Assembly (NCBI GenBank): GCA_030638325.1
Contig: DAOWEV010000210.1
Span: forward strand, 1-41,441
DNA: 41,441 nt
Reading direction: 5' to 3'
Origin: Bacteroidales bacterium
GTDB taxonomy: Bacteria; Bacteroidota; Bacteroidia; Bacteroidales; JAGOPY01
The position numbers and the translations under genes were made by a program. The notes under the pieces were generated by a model that made no database searches, was not told the DNA's origin, and saw only the letters and a program-made list of their open reading frames with translations. Below are positions 1-7,478 of this stretch, piece after piece. How positions within the stretch are numbered: the stretch's first letter is position 1; each line of letters begins with the position of its first letter.

Positions 1-75
1 AAGGGGAATAAGGGTATAAAGGTATAAGGGTATAAGGGGTATAAAGGTATAAGGGTATAAGGGGTATAAAGGTAT
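1..75 (+). repeat. Purine-rich 8/9-nt tandem array (AAGGGTAT/AAGGGGTAT/AAAGGTAT), truncated by the window edge
   Basis: Read directly; the 25-mer AAGGGTATAAGGGGTATAAAGGTAT is exactly duplicated at 26-50 and 51-75. Confidence 0.9.
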
Positions 76-85
76 AGGAGTGCCG

Positions 86-154
86 TTCCCCTATTTCCCC
101 TATTTCCCCTATTTCCCCTATTTCCCTTATTCCCCCTATTCCCCCTATTCCCCC
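86..154 (+). repeat. 9-nt tandem array (TTCCCCTAT/TCCCCCTAT) x~7.5
   Basis: Units at 86, 95, 104, 113, 122, 131 and 140; roughly complementary to the array at 1-75. Confidence 0.92.
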
Positions 155-155
155 A

Positions 156-225
156 TTGCAGCTTGCGGGTTGCAAAATGAAACTCGTAACCCGTAACTCG
201 TATCCCATAACCCGTAAATAAAATC
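156..225 (+). repeat. Heptamer array AAC(C/T)CGT x5 with an inverted GGGTTGC-type arm and an AATAAAATC trailer
   Basis: Units at 181-215; the same layout recurs at 30781-30851. Confidence 0.8.
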
Positions 226-259
226 CTGACAATAATTCAACCAATTTGCAAATTCTTTG

Positions 260-267
260 TACTTTTG
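260..267 (+). promoter_or_regulatory. Bacteroidota sigma-A -7 box (TACTTTTG) for SRP RNA
   Basis: Matches TAnnTTTG, 4 nt before the RNA 5' stem; TTTG at 245-248 upstream. Confidence 0.75.
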
Positions 268-271
268 CAGC

Positions 272-368
272 GGGTAAGTCTTATGCGACCAGCTCCCGCT
301 GAATCCCCCCAGGTCCGGAAGGAAGCAAGGGTAGGCGGTTGTAGCGGTGCGACATAAGTAGCTTACCC
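272..368 (+). ncRNA. ffs: Signal recognition particle RNA (small bacterial, 4.5S type)
   Basis: Contains the conserved domain IV motif CAGGTCCGGAAGGAAGCA; terminal stem GGGTAAG..CTTACCC followed by a T-run. Confidence 0.92.
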
Positions 369-404
369 TTTTTTACTGAATATTCTTTGTAATTATACAT
401 ACTC

Positions 405-1013
405 ATGCTTTTAAAGATCTACCCCGACAATCCCAGCCAGAGGCTCATTCGGACAGTTATGGAATGTCTGAGCAATAATGGTATTGTGATCTTTCCAACA
501 GACACCATCTATGCCCTGGGATGTAATATTTTCAGTCCGAAAGCAATCGACAGGATTGCAAAGATCAAGGGAACCAAAAAAGAGAAAGCCAATTTCTCCT
601 TTTTGTTCTATGATCTGAGTCAACTCTCAGACTTCACCAAACCTCTCAGCAATGAAGTATTTAAGTTAATGAGACAGACGCTGCCCGGACCGTTTACATA
701 CATTCTTGAGGCCAGCAACAAAGTTCCCAAGATCTTCCACAACCGTAAAAAAACCCTCGGTGTCAGGATACCTGAAAACAACATCATCAGCGAGATCATC
801 CAGGAACTGGGCAATCCTTTGATGTCTACATCCATACGTGATGAAGATGAGATACTGGAATACACGACCGATCCTGAACTCATTTATGAAAAATACCGGC
901 ACCTGGTCGATATTGTCATCGACGGTGGTTATGGCGACAACCAGCCATCCACAGTGATCGACTGTACCGGTGGTGAGATCGAGATGATCAGGGAAGGGAA
1001 AGGGAGACTGTAG
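405..1013 (+). CDS. Sua5/YciO/YrdC family (threonylcarbamoyl-AMP synthase-like) protein
   Basis: Motifs PTDTIYALGC, LPGPFTYIL, GVRIP, LMSTS, IDGG and PSTVID. Confidence 0.92.
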   Translation: MLLKIYPDNPSQRLIRTVMECLSNNGIVIFPTDTIYALGCNIFSPKAIDRIAKIKGTKKEKANFSFLFYDLSQLSDFTKPLSNEVFKLMRQTLPGPFTYILEASNKVPKIFHNRKKTLGVRIPENNIISEIIQELGNPLMSTSIRDEDEILEYTTDPELIYEKYRHLVDIVIDGGYGDNQPSTVIDCTGGEIEMIREGKGRL

Positions 1014-1019
1014 GCAGTT

Positions 1020-1061
1020 GATTAACGATTAACGATTAACGATTAACGATTTTAGATTTTT
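1020..1061 (+). repeat. Heptamer array (GATTAAC)x4 plus 2 degenerate units
   Basis: Read directly; starts 6 nt after the upstream stop codon. Confidence 0.9.
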
Positions 1062-1158
1062 AAATTACCAGGTAAATCATTCACACTCTGAAATAAATCG
1101 AAGGGATGGGAAAGATAAAAATTTCTGATTTGCTTATTGCCAACTCAAAAAATCATCT

Positions 1159-1166
1159 TATCTTTG
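1159..1166 (+). promoter_or_regulatory. -7 box TATCTTTG for tRNA-Lys
   Basis: TAnnTTTG 18 nt upstream of the tRNA. Confidence 0.7.
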
Positions 1167-1184
1167 CACCCGCTTTTCAGGAAA

Positions 1185-1257
1185 GATTCCGTAGCTCAGC
1201 TGGTAGAGCAACGGCCTTTTAAGCCGTGGGCCCTGGGTTCGAATCCCAGCGGGATCA
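1185..1257 (+). tRNA. tRNA-Lys (anticodon TTT); CCA not encoded
   Basis: Acceptor stem GATTCCG/CGGGATC, D-arm TAGCTCAGCTGGTAGAGC, anticodon arm ACGGC-CTTTTAA-GCCGT, T-loop GGTTCGAATCC. Confidence 0.97.
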
Positions 1258-1284
1258 CTTTTCAGATGACATTTCCGAAAAATC

Positions 1285-1311
1285 AGAGACGAGGCGGCGC
1301 CTCGTCTCTAC
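1285..1311 (-). repeat. GTAG-type REP-like palindrome
   Basis: Perfect 11-bp stem AGAGACGAGGC/GCCTCGTCTCT; the minus strand reads GTAGAGACGAGGC... Confidence 0.6.
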
Positions 1312-1374
1312 ATAATTTTCAAACAAAATCTTCAGATGGGGGCATTGCCCCCATACCTCCAAATAACTAAAATG

Positions 1375-2301
1375 TCAATTGTCTTTAAGGCACCGGACAG
1401 GAAAACCGGATTCCTTATCAAGGTGGTTGTACCGGCCAATTCCTGATATATGGTAAGCCAAATGCCGGGTCCACGCGCTGCTACTATTGAACTCAACAGA
1501 AGACCAAAAGTCGGTGCGGCGACCCATGGCGTCGAAATTAGTATTGGCGTTGCGGTAACCGGTAGACAACGCGGAAAAGCCATACAAATCAGTACCATTG
1601 CCGCCTGAAATCCAGCCACTGGTAGATTTCAAATTTAGACCGGCATCAAGGCCGCGCAACCCTAAGCTATCCCATTCAGGATCTCCTACTCCATAATAAC
1701 TGTCAACCGTGCCTTCCAGCACCTTCCACTCCTCGTCTGTAGCGATATGCTATCCTGGTGGGCAAATTCCCTGTATGGCTGTATCAGTTGAATATCCCAT
1801 CATCTCATTCCAGGTATAGAAAGCACCATAAATACTACAATTCGAGGTGTTGTTTGCGTAACAATATTTTTCAATGGTATCATTGTTTGTCGGTGTTGAG
1901 CTTCCCGGAATGAATATCCCGACATTCAGGTTTTCGGCTATCCAGCATTGGGTGCCAATCTGAACTGTTGAATATGATTGTCCTTCATAGTCTACACTAT
2001 CTCCGCATTGCCAGTCGTAAATTGTATCGTTTGGATTGATATCGAAAGACAACCACCTTGAACCATCAAGATACCAGAAATCCAAAGAATCAGTATTGAA
2101 GATCAATAAACCGGTTGAAGGATTGCTGATGTATCTTTGTTCCCAGGTGGTCATCCTGGATAGAAGAAATCCTCTGGAAGAAGACTTTACATCAAGCATG
2201 GCAGAACTGTCAGGCGCACTGCCATTAGTGTTTATGCCCACCTGGGCAATTGCCGATAATGATAGCATGAGGGCCATCCCTATAACAGATACTATTTTCA
2301 T
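1375..2301 (-). pseudogene. Secreted FISUMP (Fibrobacter succinogenes major paralogous) domain protein interrupted by one in-frame amber stop
   Basis: Track ORFs 1750..2301 and 1375..1722 are in one frame, reading ...QGICPPG*HIATDEEWKVLEG...; the stop (1750-1752) falls on the conserved W of CPxGWHIP. Other motifs: AQVGINT..SAMLDV, TVQIGTQCWIAENL, YGAFYTW, GFPVRCLKD. Confidence 0.85.
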
Positions 2302-2675
2302 GTTTGATTTGGTTATGCCTTTGAGATTCAGAAAGCGGTTAATTATTTATTACGAAAGGACTTTCAAAGGCAATCCCGGAACAGGCGTGAATCTCAATTA
2401 CAGATGTTCCGCAAAACACCATTTTCCAGTATTGAAAAAATCCTTCATCACAAATATATAAAATTATATTGAATATGTCAACACTTAAAATATAATTTAT
2501 GGATATAAATAAGGGGTTTGGATATGAAAATCCGGGAAACCCCGGGTTTTAACCCCACATAATTTTCAAACAAAATTTTCATCTTCTTTTTTTTATTCTC
2601 ACTTTTGCAATCAAACAGATGTATGAGACAGTGATAATCCACCCAAAAAGAAGGTGGCTTTGATTTGCACTCTTT

Positions 2676-2760
2676 GGATACTGAATGATGGAAGGATGGA
2701 AAAATGGGATTGTTGAATAATGCCTGCCTGGACAGACGGACAGGGAATAATGGAAAAATA
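2676..2760 (+). repeat. Degenerate 8-nt array (AATGATGG/AAGGATGG/AATAATGG) interrupted by a CCTGCCTG..GGACAGG mini-palindrome (2723-2744)
   Basis: Read directly; the units are degenerate. Confidence 0.5.
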
Positions 2761-2957
2761 ACTAACTCCGTCCTTTAGGGCGGAGAAAAAAATAAGAATA
2801 ATAACCGGGCTTTAGCCCAAAACTTATAATTATGTCCTATGTAAGAATTCGGTTACACTGTGTTTGGGGTACTAAAAGTGTAGTTTCGAAAAGATTAAGG
2901 GCTAAAGCCTGAAATTTTTGATATCCTTATCCCCGGCATGAATGCCGGGGTTAGTCA
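2759..2957 (+). mobile_element. Internally deleted IS200/IS605-superfamily (TnpA/RAYT-like Y1 transposase) element
   Basis: Outer IR TAACTAACTCCG / CGGGGTTAGTCA; hairpins at 2766-2785 and 2931-2950; inner IR GGGCTTTAGCCC (2807-2818) / GGGCTAAAGCC (2899-2909). ATG at 2832 gives MSYVRIRLHCVWGTK, resembling the TnpA N-terminal HxVWxTK motif. Confidence 0.75.
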
Positions 2958-3055
2958 ATTATCTACGCATATTCCGGATGAACCATTTTCATCATGCATA
3001 GCAAAAAAAGAACATAACCACCATCAAAAAAGGTGAATTTCTGATTCAAATTAAT

Positions 3056-3820
3056 ATGACAAAAACCCTCTTAAAAAATTTCCTGAAGAAAATGGGGTAT
3101 GAGATCAGGAAAATCGACAAAACTGTAAATCCGGATGGCATACCCCTGGACATGACAGAACCAGCCTTTATCGACTTCTATAATAAGTGTAAAGATTATT
3201 CTGTTTGCTCGGTCGAACCTATGTATGCACTGTTCAAAGCCGTAGAATATATAGTCAGGAATAAAATAAACGGAGATCTTGTTGAATGTGGCGTTTATAA
3301 AGGCGGAAGTGCGATGATGATGGCCTATTCCCTGATGCATTTCAATGATACCAACAGAAAGATCTACCTCTATGACACCTTCGAAGGAATGTCGGAACCT
3401 ACTGATCATGACATTGATATTGAGGATCATTATGCCGGGGATCTTTTAAAAACCGGCAACCAAGAAGATAATGGCGTTTTATGCTACAGTCCCATCGAAG
3501 AAGTGAGAAGAAATATGGAATCTACCGGATACAATAAAGAAAACCTGGTATTTGTAAAAGGTAAAGTGGAAGATACTATCCCTAATAATATTTCCGAAAA
3601 GATAAGCCTCCTGAGACTGGATACTGACTGGTACGAATCAACTTACCATGAATTGGTCCATCTGTATCCTTTACTCGTGAAAGACGGAGTTCTTATCATA
3701 GATGATTACGGACACTGGAAAGGAGCGAGAAAAGCCGTGGACAAATATTTCAAATCCCGGTCTGTAAATATGTTATTGAACAGGGTGGATTATACCGTTC
3801 GTACCGGCATTAAAAAATAA
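3056..3820 (+). CDS. TylF/MycF/NovP-family sugar O-methyltransferase
   Basis: Motifs GDLVECGVYKGGS, LYDTFEGM, LLRLDTDWYEST and IIDDYGHWKGARKAVD. Confidence 0.93.
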   Translation: MTKTLLKNFLKKMGYEIRKIDKTVNPDGIPLDMTEPAFIDFYNKCKDYSVCSVEPMYALFKAVEYIVRNKINGDLVECGVYKGGSAMMMAYSLMHFNDTNRKIYLYDTFEGMSEPTDHDIDIEDHYAGDLLKTGNQEDNGVLCYSPIEEVRRNMESTGYNKENLVFVKGKVEDTIPNNISEKISLLRLDTDWYESTYHELVHLYPLLVKDGVLIIDDYGHWKGARKAVDKYFKSRSVNMLLNRVDYTVRTGIKK

Positions 3821-3846
3821 GTTGGTGTGGAAACACGGTTTTATCC

Positions 3847-3854
3847 TATTTTTG
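3847..3854 (+). promoter_or_regulatory. -7 box TATTTTTG upstream of ugd
   Basis: TAnnTTTG match; this would place the TTGTAAA array inside the 5' UTR. Confidence 0.55.
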
Positions 3855-3882
3855 CGTTTCTGAATTATTATTATAAGTCAGC

Positions 3883-3938
3883 TTGTATATTGTACATTGT
3901 AAATTGTAAACTGTAAATTGTAAACTGTAAACTGTAAA
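3883..3938 (+). repeat. Heptamer array (T/C)TGTAAA x8
   Basis: Eight contiguous in-phase units, the first two variant. Confidence 0.92.
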
Positions 3939-3963
3939 TTACAGGCAACTAACAATCAACAAA

Positions 3964-5274
3964 ATGAAAATAACAATTGTCGGAACCGGATATGTCGGCC
4001 TTGTAACAGGAGCCTGTTTTGCGGAGGTTGGTATCGATGTTACATGTGTTGATATTGATGAGAGAAAGATAGAGAACCTCAGGAAAGGAGTTATTCCGAT
4101 CTTTGAACCAGGCCTGGAAGAAATTGTCATTCGTAATATTGAGAAAGGCCGGCTGCATTTCACGACTGAACTGAAATCCTCACTGAAAGATACTGAGGTT
4201 ATCTTCAGCGCTGTCGGCACACCCCCCGATGAGGATGGCAGCGCCGACCTGAAATATGTTCTGGATGTTGCAAGGGAAGTCGGCAGGAACATGAATGGAT
4301 ACGTGCTGATAGTCACAAAAAGCACCGTTCCGGTGGGCACTGCAAAACGCGTTAAAGAAGCCATGCAGGAAGAGCTGGATGCGCGTGGCGAAAATCTTTC
4401 TTTCGATGTGGCCTCAAATCCTGAGTTCCTTAAAGAAGGAGCAGCCGTTGACGACTTCCTGAGGCCGGACCGTATAGTGATCGGGATTGAGTCTGAACGT
4501 GCTGAGGAGATCATGAGCAAACTGTATAAGCCGTTTACACTGAATGGGCATCCTGTGATCTTCATGGACATCGCATCCGCTGAGATGACCAAATATGCAG
4601 CCAATGCTATGCTGGCAACCAGGATCAGTTTTATGAACGATATTGCCAACCTGTGTGAAATTATCGGGGCTGATGTTGATAAAGTACGGAAAGGCATTGG
4701 CAGCGATCCCCGGATCGGCCATAAATTCATTTACCCGGGTATCGGTTATGGCGGATCGTGCTTCCCGAAAGATGTAAAAGCGCTCATAAAATCCGCAGAT
4801 GAAAACGGGTACAGCATGCGGATATTGAAATCCGTAGAGGATGTTAACGATGATCAGAAGTCAGTGTTATTCAATAAAGCCGTTCGACATTTCAAGGGAG
4901 ACCTGAAAGGGAAAACAATTGCTCTCTGGGGCCTCTCTTTCAAACCGCAGACTGATGATATGCGGGAAGCGCCTTCACTGGTGCTCATAGATAAATTCCT
5001 GAAAGCCGGTTGCAAAGTGAAAGCCTACGACCCGGTAGCCATGAAAGAAGCCAGGCGGATCATAGGCGACAGCATTACCTATTGCCGGGATCAGTACGAA
5101 GCCCTGGAAGGCGCCGATTGTTTGCTGCTAATCACTGAATGGAAGGAATTCAGGATCCCCAATCTGAAGGTCATGAAAGAAAAGATGCAAAGCCCGGTCA
5201 TTTTCGACGGCCGTAATATTTATGATGTTCAGGAAATGAAGGAAATGGGATTCGCCTATTACCGGATCGGGTAA
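3964..5274 (+). CDS. ugd: UDP-glucose 6-dehydrogenase
   Basis: Motifs GTGYVGL, KSTVPVGT, SNPEFLKEG, catalytic GYGGSCFPKD and FKPQTDDMREAP. Confidence 0.96.
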   Translation: MKITIVGTGYVGLVTGACFAEVGIDVTCVDIDERKIENLRKGVIPIFEPGLEEIVIRNIEKGRLHFTTELKSSLKDTEVIFSAVGTPPDEDGSADLKYVLDVAREVGRNMNGYVLIVTKSTVPVGTAKRVKEAMQEELDARGENLSFDVASNPEFLKEGAAVDDFLRPDRIVIGIESERAEEIMSKLYKPFTLNGHPVIFMDIASAEMTKYAANAMLATRISFMNDIANLCEIIGADVDKVRKGIGSDPRIGHKFIYPGIGYGGSCFPKDVKALIKSADENGYSMRILKSVEDVNDDQKSVLFNKAVRHFKGDLKGKTIALWGLSFKPQTDDMREAPSLVLIDKFLKAGCKVKAYDPVAMKEARRIIGDSITYCRDQYEALEGADCLLLITEWKEFRIPNLKVMKEKMQSPVIFDGRNIYDVQEMKEMGFAYYRIG

Positions 5275-5347
5275 TAGAAGCTCAAAGACTCAAGAAAATT
5301 CTTAAAATTGACTGTTTTTAACGACACTAGTCTTTAATCAAAATCTT

Positions 5348-6286
5348 ATGAAGAAGCGCATTCTGGTAACAGGCGGGGCCGGTTTTCTCGGATCTCACCT
5401 ATGCGAAAAGCTCCTGGACGAAGGCCATGAAGTCATCTCACTCGATAACTATTTCACAGGGAACAAAATGAATATTGTCCACCTGCTTGACAATCCCTTT
5501 TTTGAGGCCGTGCGGCACGACGTAACCATGCCGTTTTTTATCGAAGTTGATGAAATCTACAACCTGGCTTGCCCGGCTTCCCCAGTACACTATCAGTACA
5601 ATCCAATCAAAACCATAAAAACCTCAGTTTCCGGGGCCATCAACATGCTGGGGCTGGCCAAGCGGATCAAAGCCAGGATATTACAAGCATCTACCAGCGA
5701 AGTTTATGGAGACCCGCAGGTGCATCCCCAGACGGAGGATTACTGGGGTCATGTGAACCCAATCGGTACCAGGGCATGTTATGACGAAGGCAAAAGATGT
5801 GCAGAATCATTGTTTATGAATTACCATATCCAGAACAAGGTCAGGATCAAGATCATGCGTATCTTTAATACATATGGCCCGAGGATGCACCCGAACGACG
5901 GCCGGGTAGTCTCTAACTTCATTGTGCAAGCACTCAAGAATGAAGATATTACCATTTACGGGGATGGTTCACAAACCAGGAGCTTTTGCTATGTGGATGA
6001 CCTCATTGCAGGTATGATACGCTTCATGGAATCCGGGGAAGAATTCATTGGCCCCGTTAATATTGGGAACCCCGACGAATTTACCATTCTTGAACTCGCT
6101 CAGAAGGTGATCGGCCTTACCGGCTCCCGGTCCAGGCTTGTCTATGCACCCCTGCCGGAAGATGATCCCATGCAAAGGCAACCCAATATAAGCCTTGCCA
6201 AAAAGGAACTTGACTGGGAACCTGTGATCAAGCTGGAAGAGGGACTTTTAAAGACCATTGAATATTTCACCCGGATTATTTCTTAA
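5348..6286 (+). CDS. uxs: UDP-glucuronate decarboxylase (UDP-xylose synthase), SDR family
   Basis: Motifs [43 protein letters not shown] and DDPMQRQP. Confidence 0.93.
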   Translation: MKKRILVTGGAGFLGSHLCEKLLDEGHEVISLDNYFTGNKMNIVHLLDNPFFEAVRHDVTMPFFIEVDEIYNLACPASPVHYQYNPIKTIKTSVSGAINMLGLAKRIKARILQASTSEVYGDPQVHPQTEDYWGHVNPIGTRACYDEGKRCAESLFMNYHIQNKVRIKIMRIFNTYGPRMHPNDGRVVSNFIVQALKNEDITIYGDGSQTRSFCYVDDLIAGMIRFMESGEEFIGPVNIGNPDEFTILELAQKVIGLTGSRSRLVYAPLPEDDPMQRQPNISLAKKELDWEPVIKLEEGLLKTIEYFTRIIS

Positions 6287-6292
6287 CACAGC

Positions 6293-6352
6293 ACAAGGTT
6301 GCGAACAAATTGATTAACGATTAACGATTGTAGATTAACGATTTAAGATTTA
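6293..6352 (+). repeat. Anchor ACAAGGTTGCGAACAAATT plus GATTAAC array
   Basis: 6293-6326 matches 7322-7355 at 32 of 34 nt. Confidence 0.85.
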
Positions 6353-6412
6353 TGGTATTATTAACTTTCGGATAGAAAATAATAAATAAGAAATAATAAA
6401 TAATAAATCAAA

Positions 6413-7267
6413 ATGAACATTCTTGTTACAGGCGGAAACGGACAGCTCGGGATGTCAATAAAAGACCTGGCTCATAGCTTCGATAACTACAGTTTTATCT
6501 TTACTGATATTGATGAACTGGACATCACGGACCTGAATGCCCTGCATCAATTCTTTTCAGATCACAGCATAGATATAATCCTGAATTGTGCTGCCTACAC
6601 AGCCGTCGACAAAGCTGAAACCGAATATAATCAGGCTTTGATGATCAATAGGGATGCTGTTCAGAACCTGGTTTTTATTGCAAACGATCATGATGTTTCA
6701 CTGATCCACGTTTCTACAGACTATGTTTTTGATGGAAGATCAAAGCGGCCTTACCTGGAATCAGACCCGGTTTCTCCCACTTCAGCATACGGAAGATCCA
6801 AGGTAGCTGGTGAGAAAATAATATTGGAGAGATCGCAGAATGCCGCGATTGTACGTACTGCCTGGCTGTACTCACCTTATGGGCAGAATTTCGTGAAAAC
6901 CATATTGAAAAAAGGTAAAGAACAGGGTGAGTTGAGGGTCGTCGCCGATCAGGTTGGTAGCCCGACCAGCGCTGCTGACCTGGCCAGTGCAATCCTGCAC
7001 CTTGCAAATGATATGCCCGAAGAGGGGGTTCAGATATATCATTACGCTAATGAAGGTGTCTGCAGTTGGTATGAATTTGCCATGGCGATCCTGGATATTG
7101 GAAATATAGCATGCAAGGTACATCCGGTCAAGTCTGAAGACTATCCGGTTCCTGCACCAAGACCCGCATACAGTGTAATGGATAAATCGAAAATCCAAAA
7201 TCATCTAAGACTGACTGTTCCTGCATGGCGTGAAAGCCTGGAAACATGCATTGATAATATGAAATAG
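6413..7267 (+). CDS. rfbD: dTDP-4-dehydrorhamnose reductase
   Basis: Motifs GGNGQLG, NCAAYTAVDKAE, HVSTDYVFDG, YGRSKxxGE, DQVGSPT and RPAYS. Confidence 0.96.
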   Translation: MNILVTGGNGQLGMSIKDLAHSFDNYSFIFTDIDELDITDLNALHQFFSDHSIDIILNCAAYTAVDKAETEYNQALMINRDAVQNLVFIANDHDVSLIHVSTDYVFDGRSKRPYLESDPVSPTSAYGRSKVAGEKIILERSQNAAIVRTAWLYSPYGQNFVKTILKKGKEQGELRVVADQVGSPTSAADLASAILHLANDMPEEGVQIYHYANEGVCSWYEFAMAILDIGNIACKVHPVKSEDYPVPAPRPAYSVMDKSKIQNHLRLTVPAWRESLETCIDNMK

Positions 7268-7278
7268 AGAATAGAACA

Positions 7279-7472
7279 TCCCTGCACCCGTGCACCCAAA
7301 CACATAAACACCTATCGCAGAACAAGGCTGCAAACAAATTGATTAACGATTAACGGTAGGCGGTTGACGGTTGACGGTTGGCGGTGGGATAGTAGGACTG
7401 TAAGACGGTAGGATGGTAGGACTGATGGATTGTAATTCAAATAAGCGAATAAACAAATAAACGAATAAACAC
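7279..7472 (+). repeat. Composite spacer of five consecutive 7/8-nt arrays
   Basis: In order: CCCTGCAC-like 8-mers; anchor plus GATTAAC; GGTTGAC; ACGGTAGG-like 8-mers; RAATAAAC 8-mers. Confidence 0.8.
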
Positions 7473-7478
7473 AATAGT

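Noticed and set aside
1137-1370. 77-aa ORF
   Set aside because: It spans the tRNA-Lys gene and its promoter, so it is spurious.
1375-1750. Diversity-generating retroelement targeting the FISUMP C-terminus
   Set aside because: No reverse transcriptase and no template/variable repeat pair differing at adenines is visible in the window.
1258-3055. Prophage or integrative element at tRNA-Lys
   Set aside because: No integrase and no duplicated tRNA 3' end (att site) found; only small remnants are present.
3939-4730. 263-aa antisense ORF opposite ugd, and similar shadow ORFs opposite uvrA, feoB and nfeD
   Set aside because: Typical antisense shadows of conserved genes, with no recognisable motifs.
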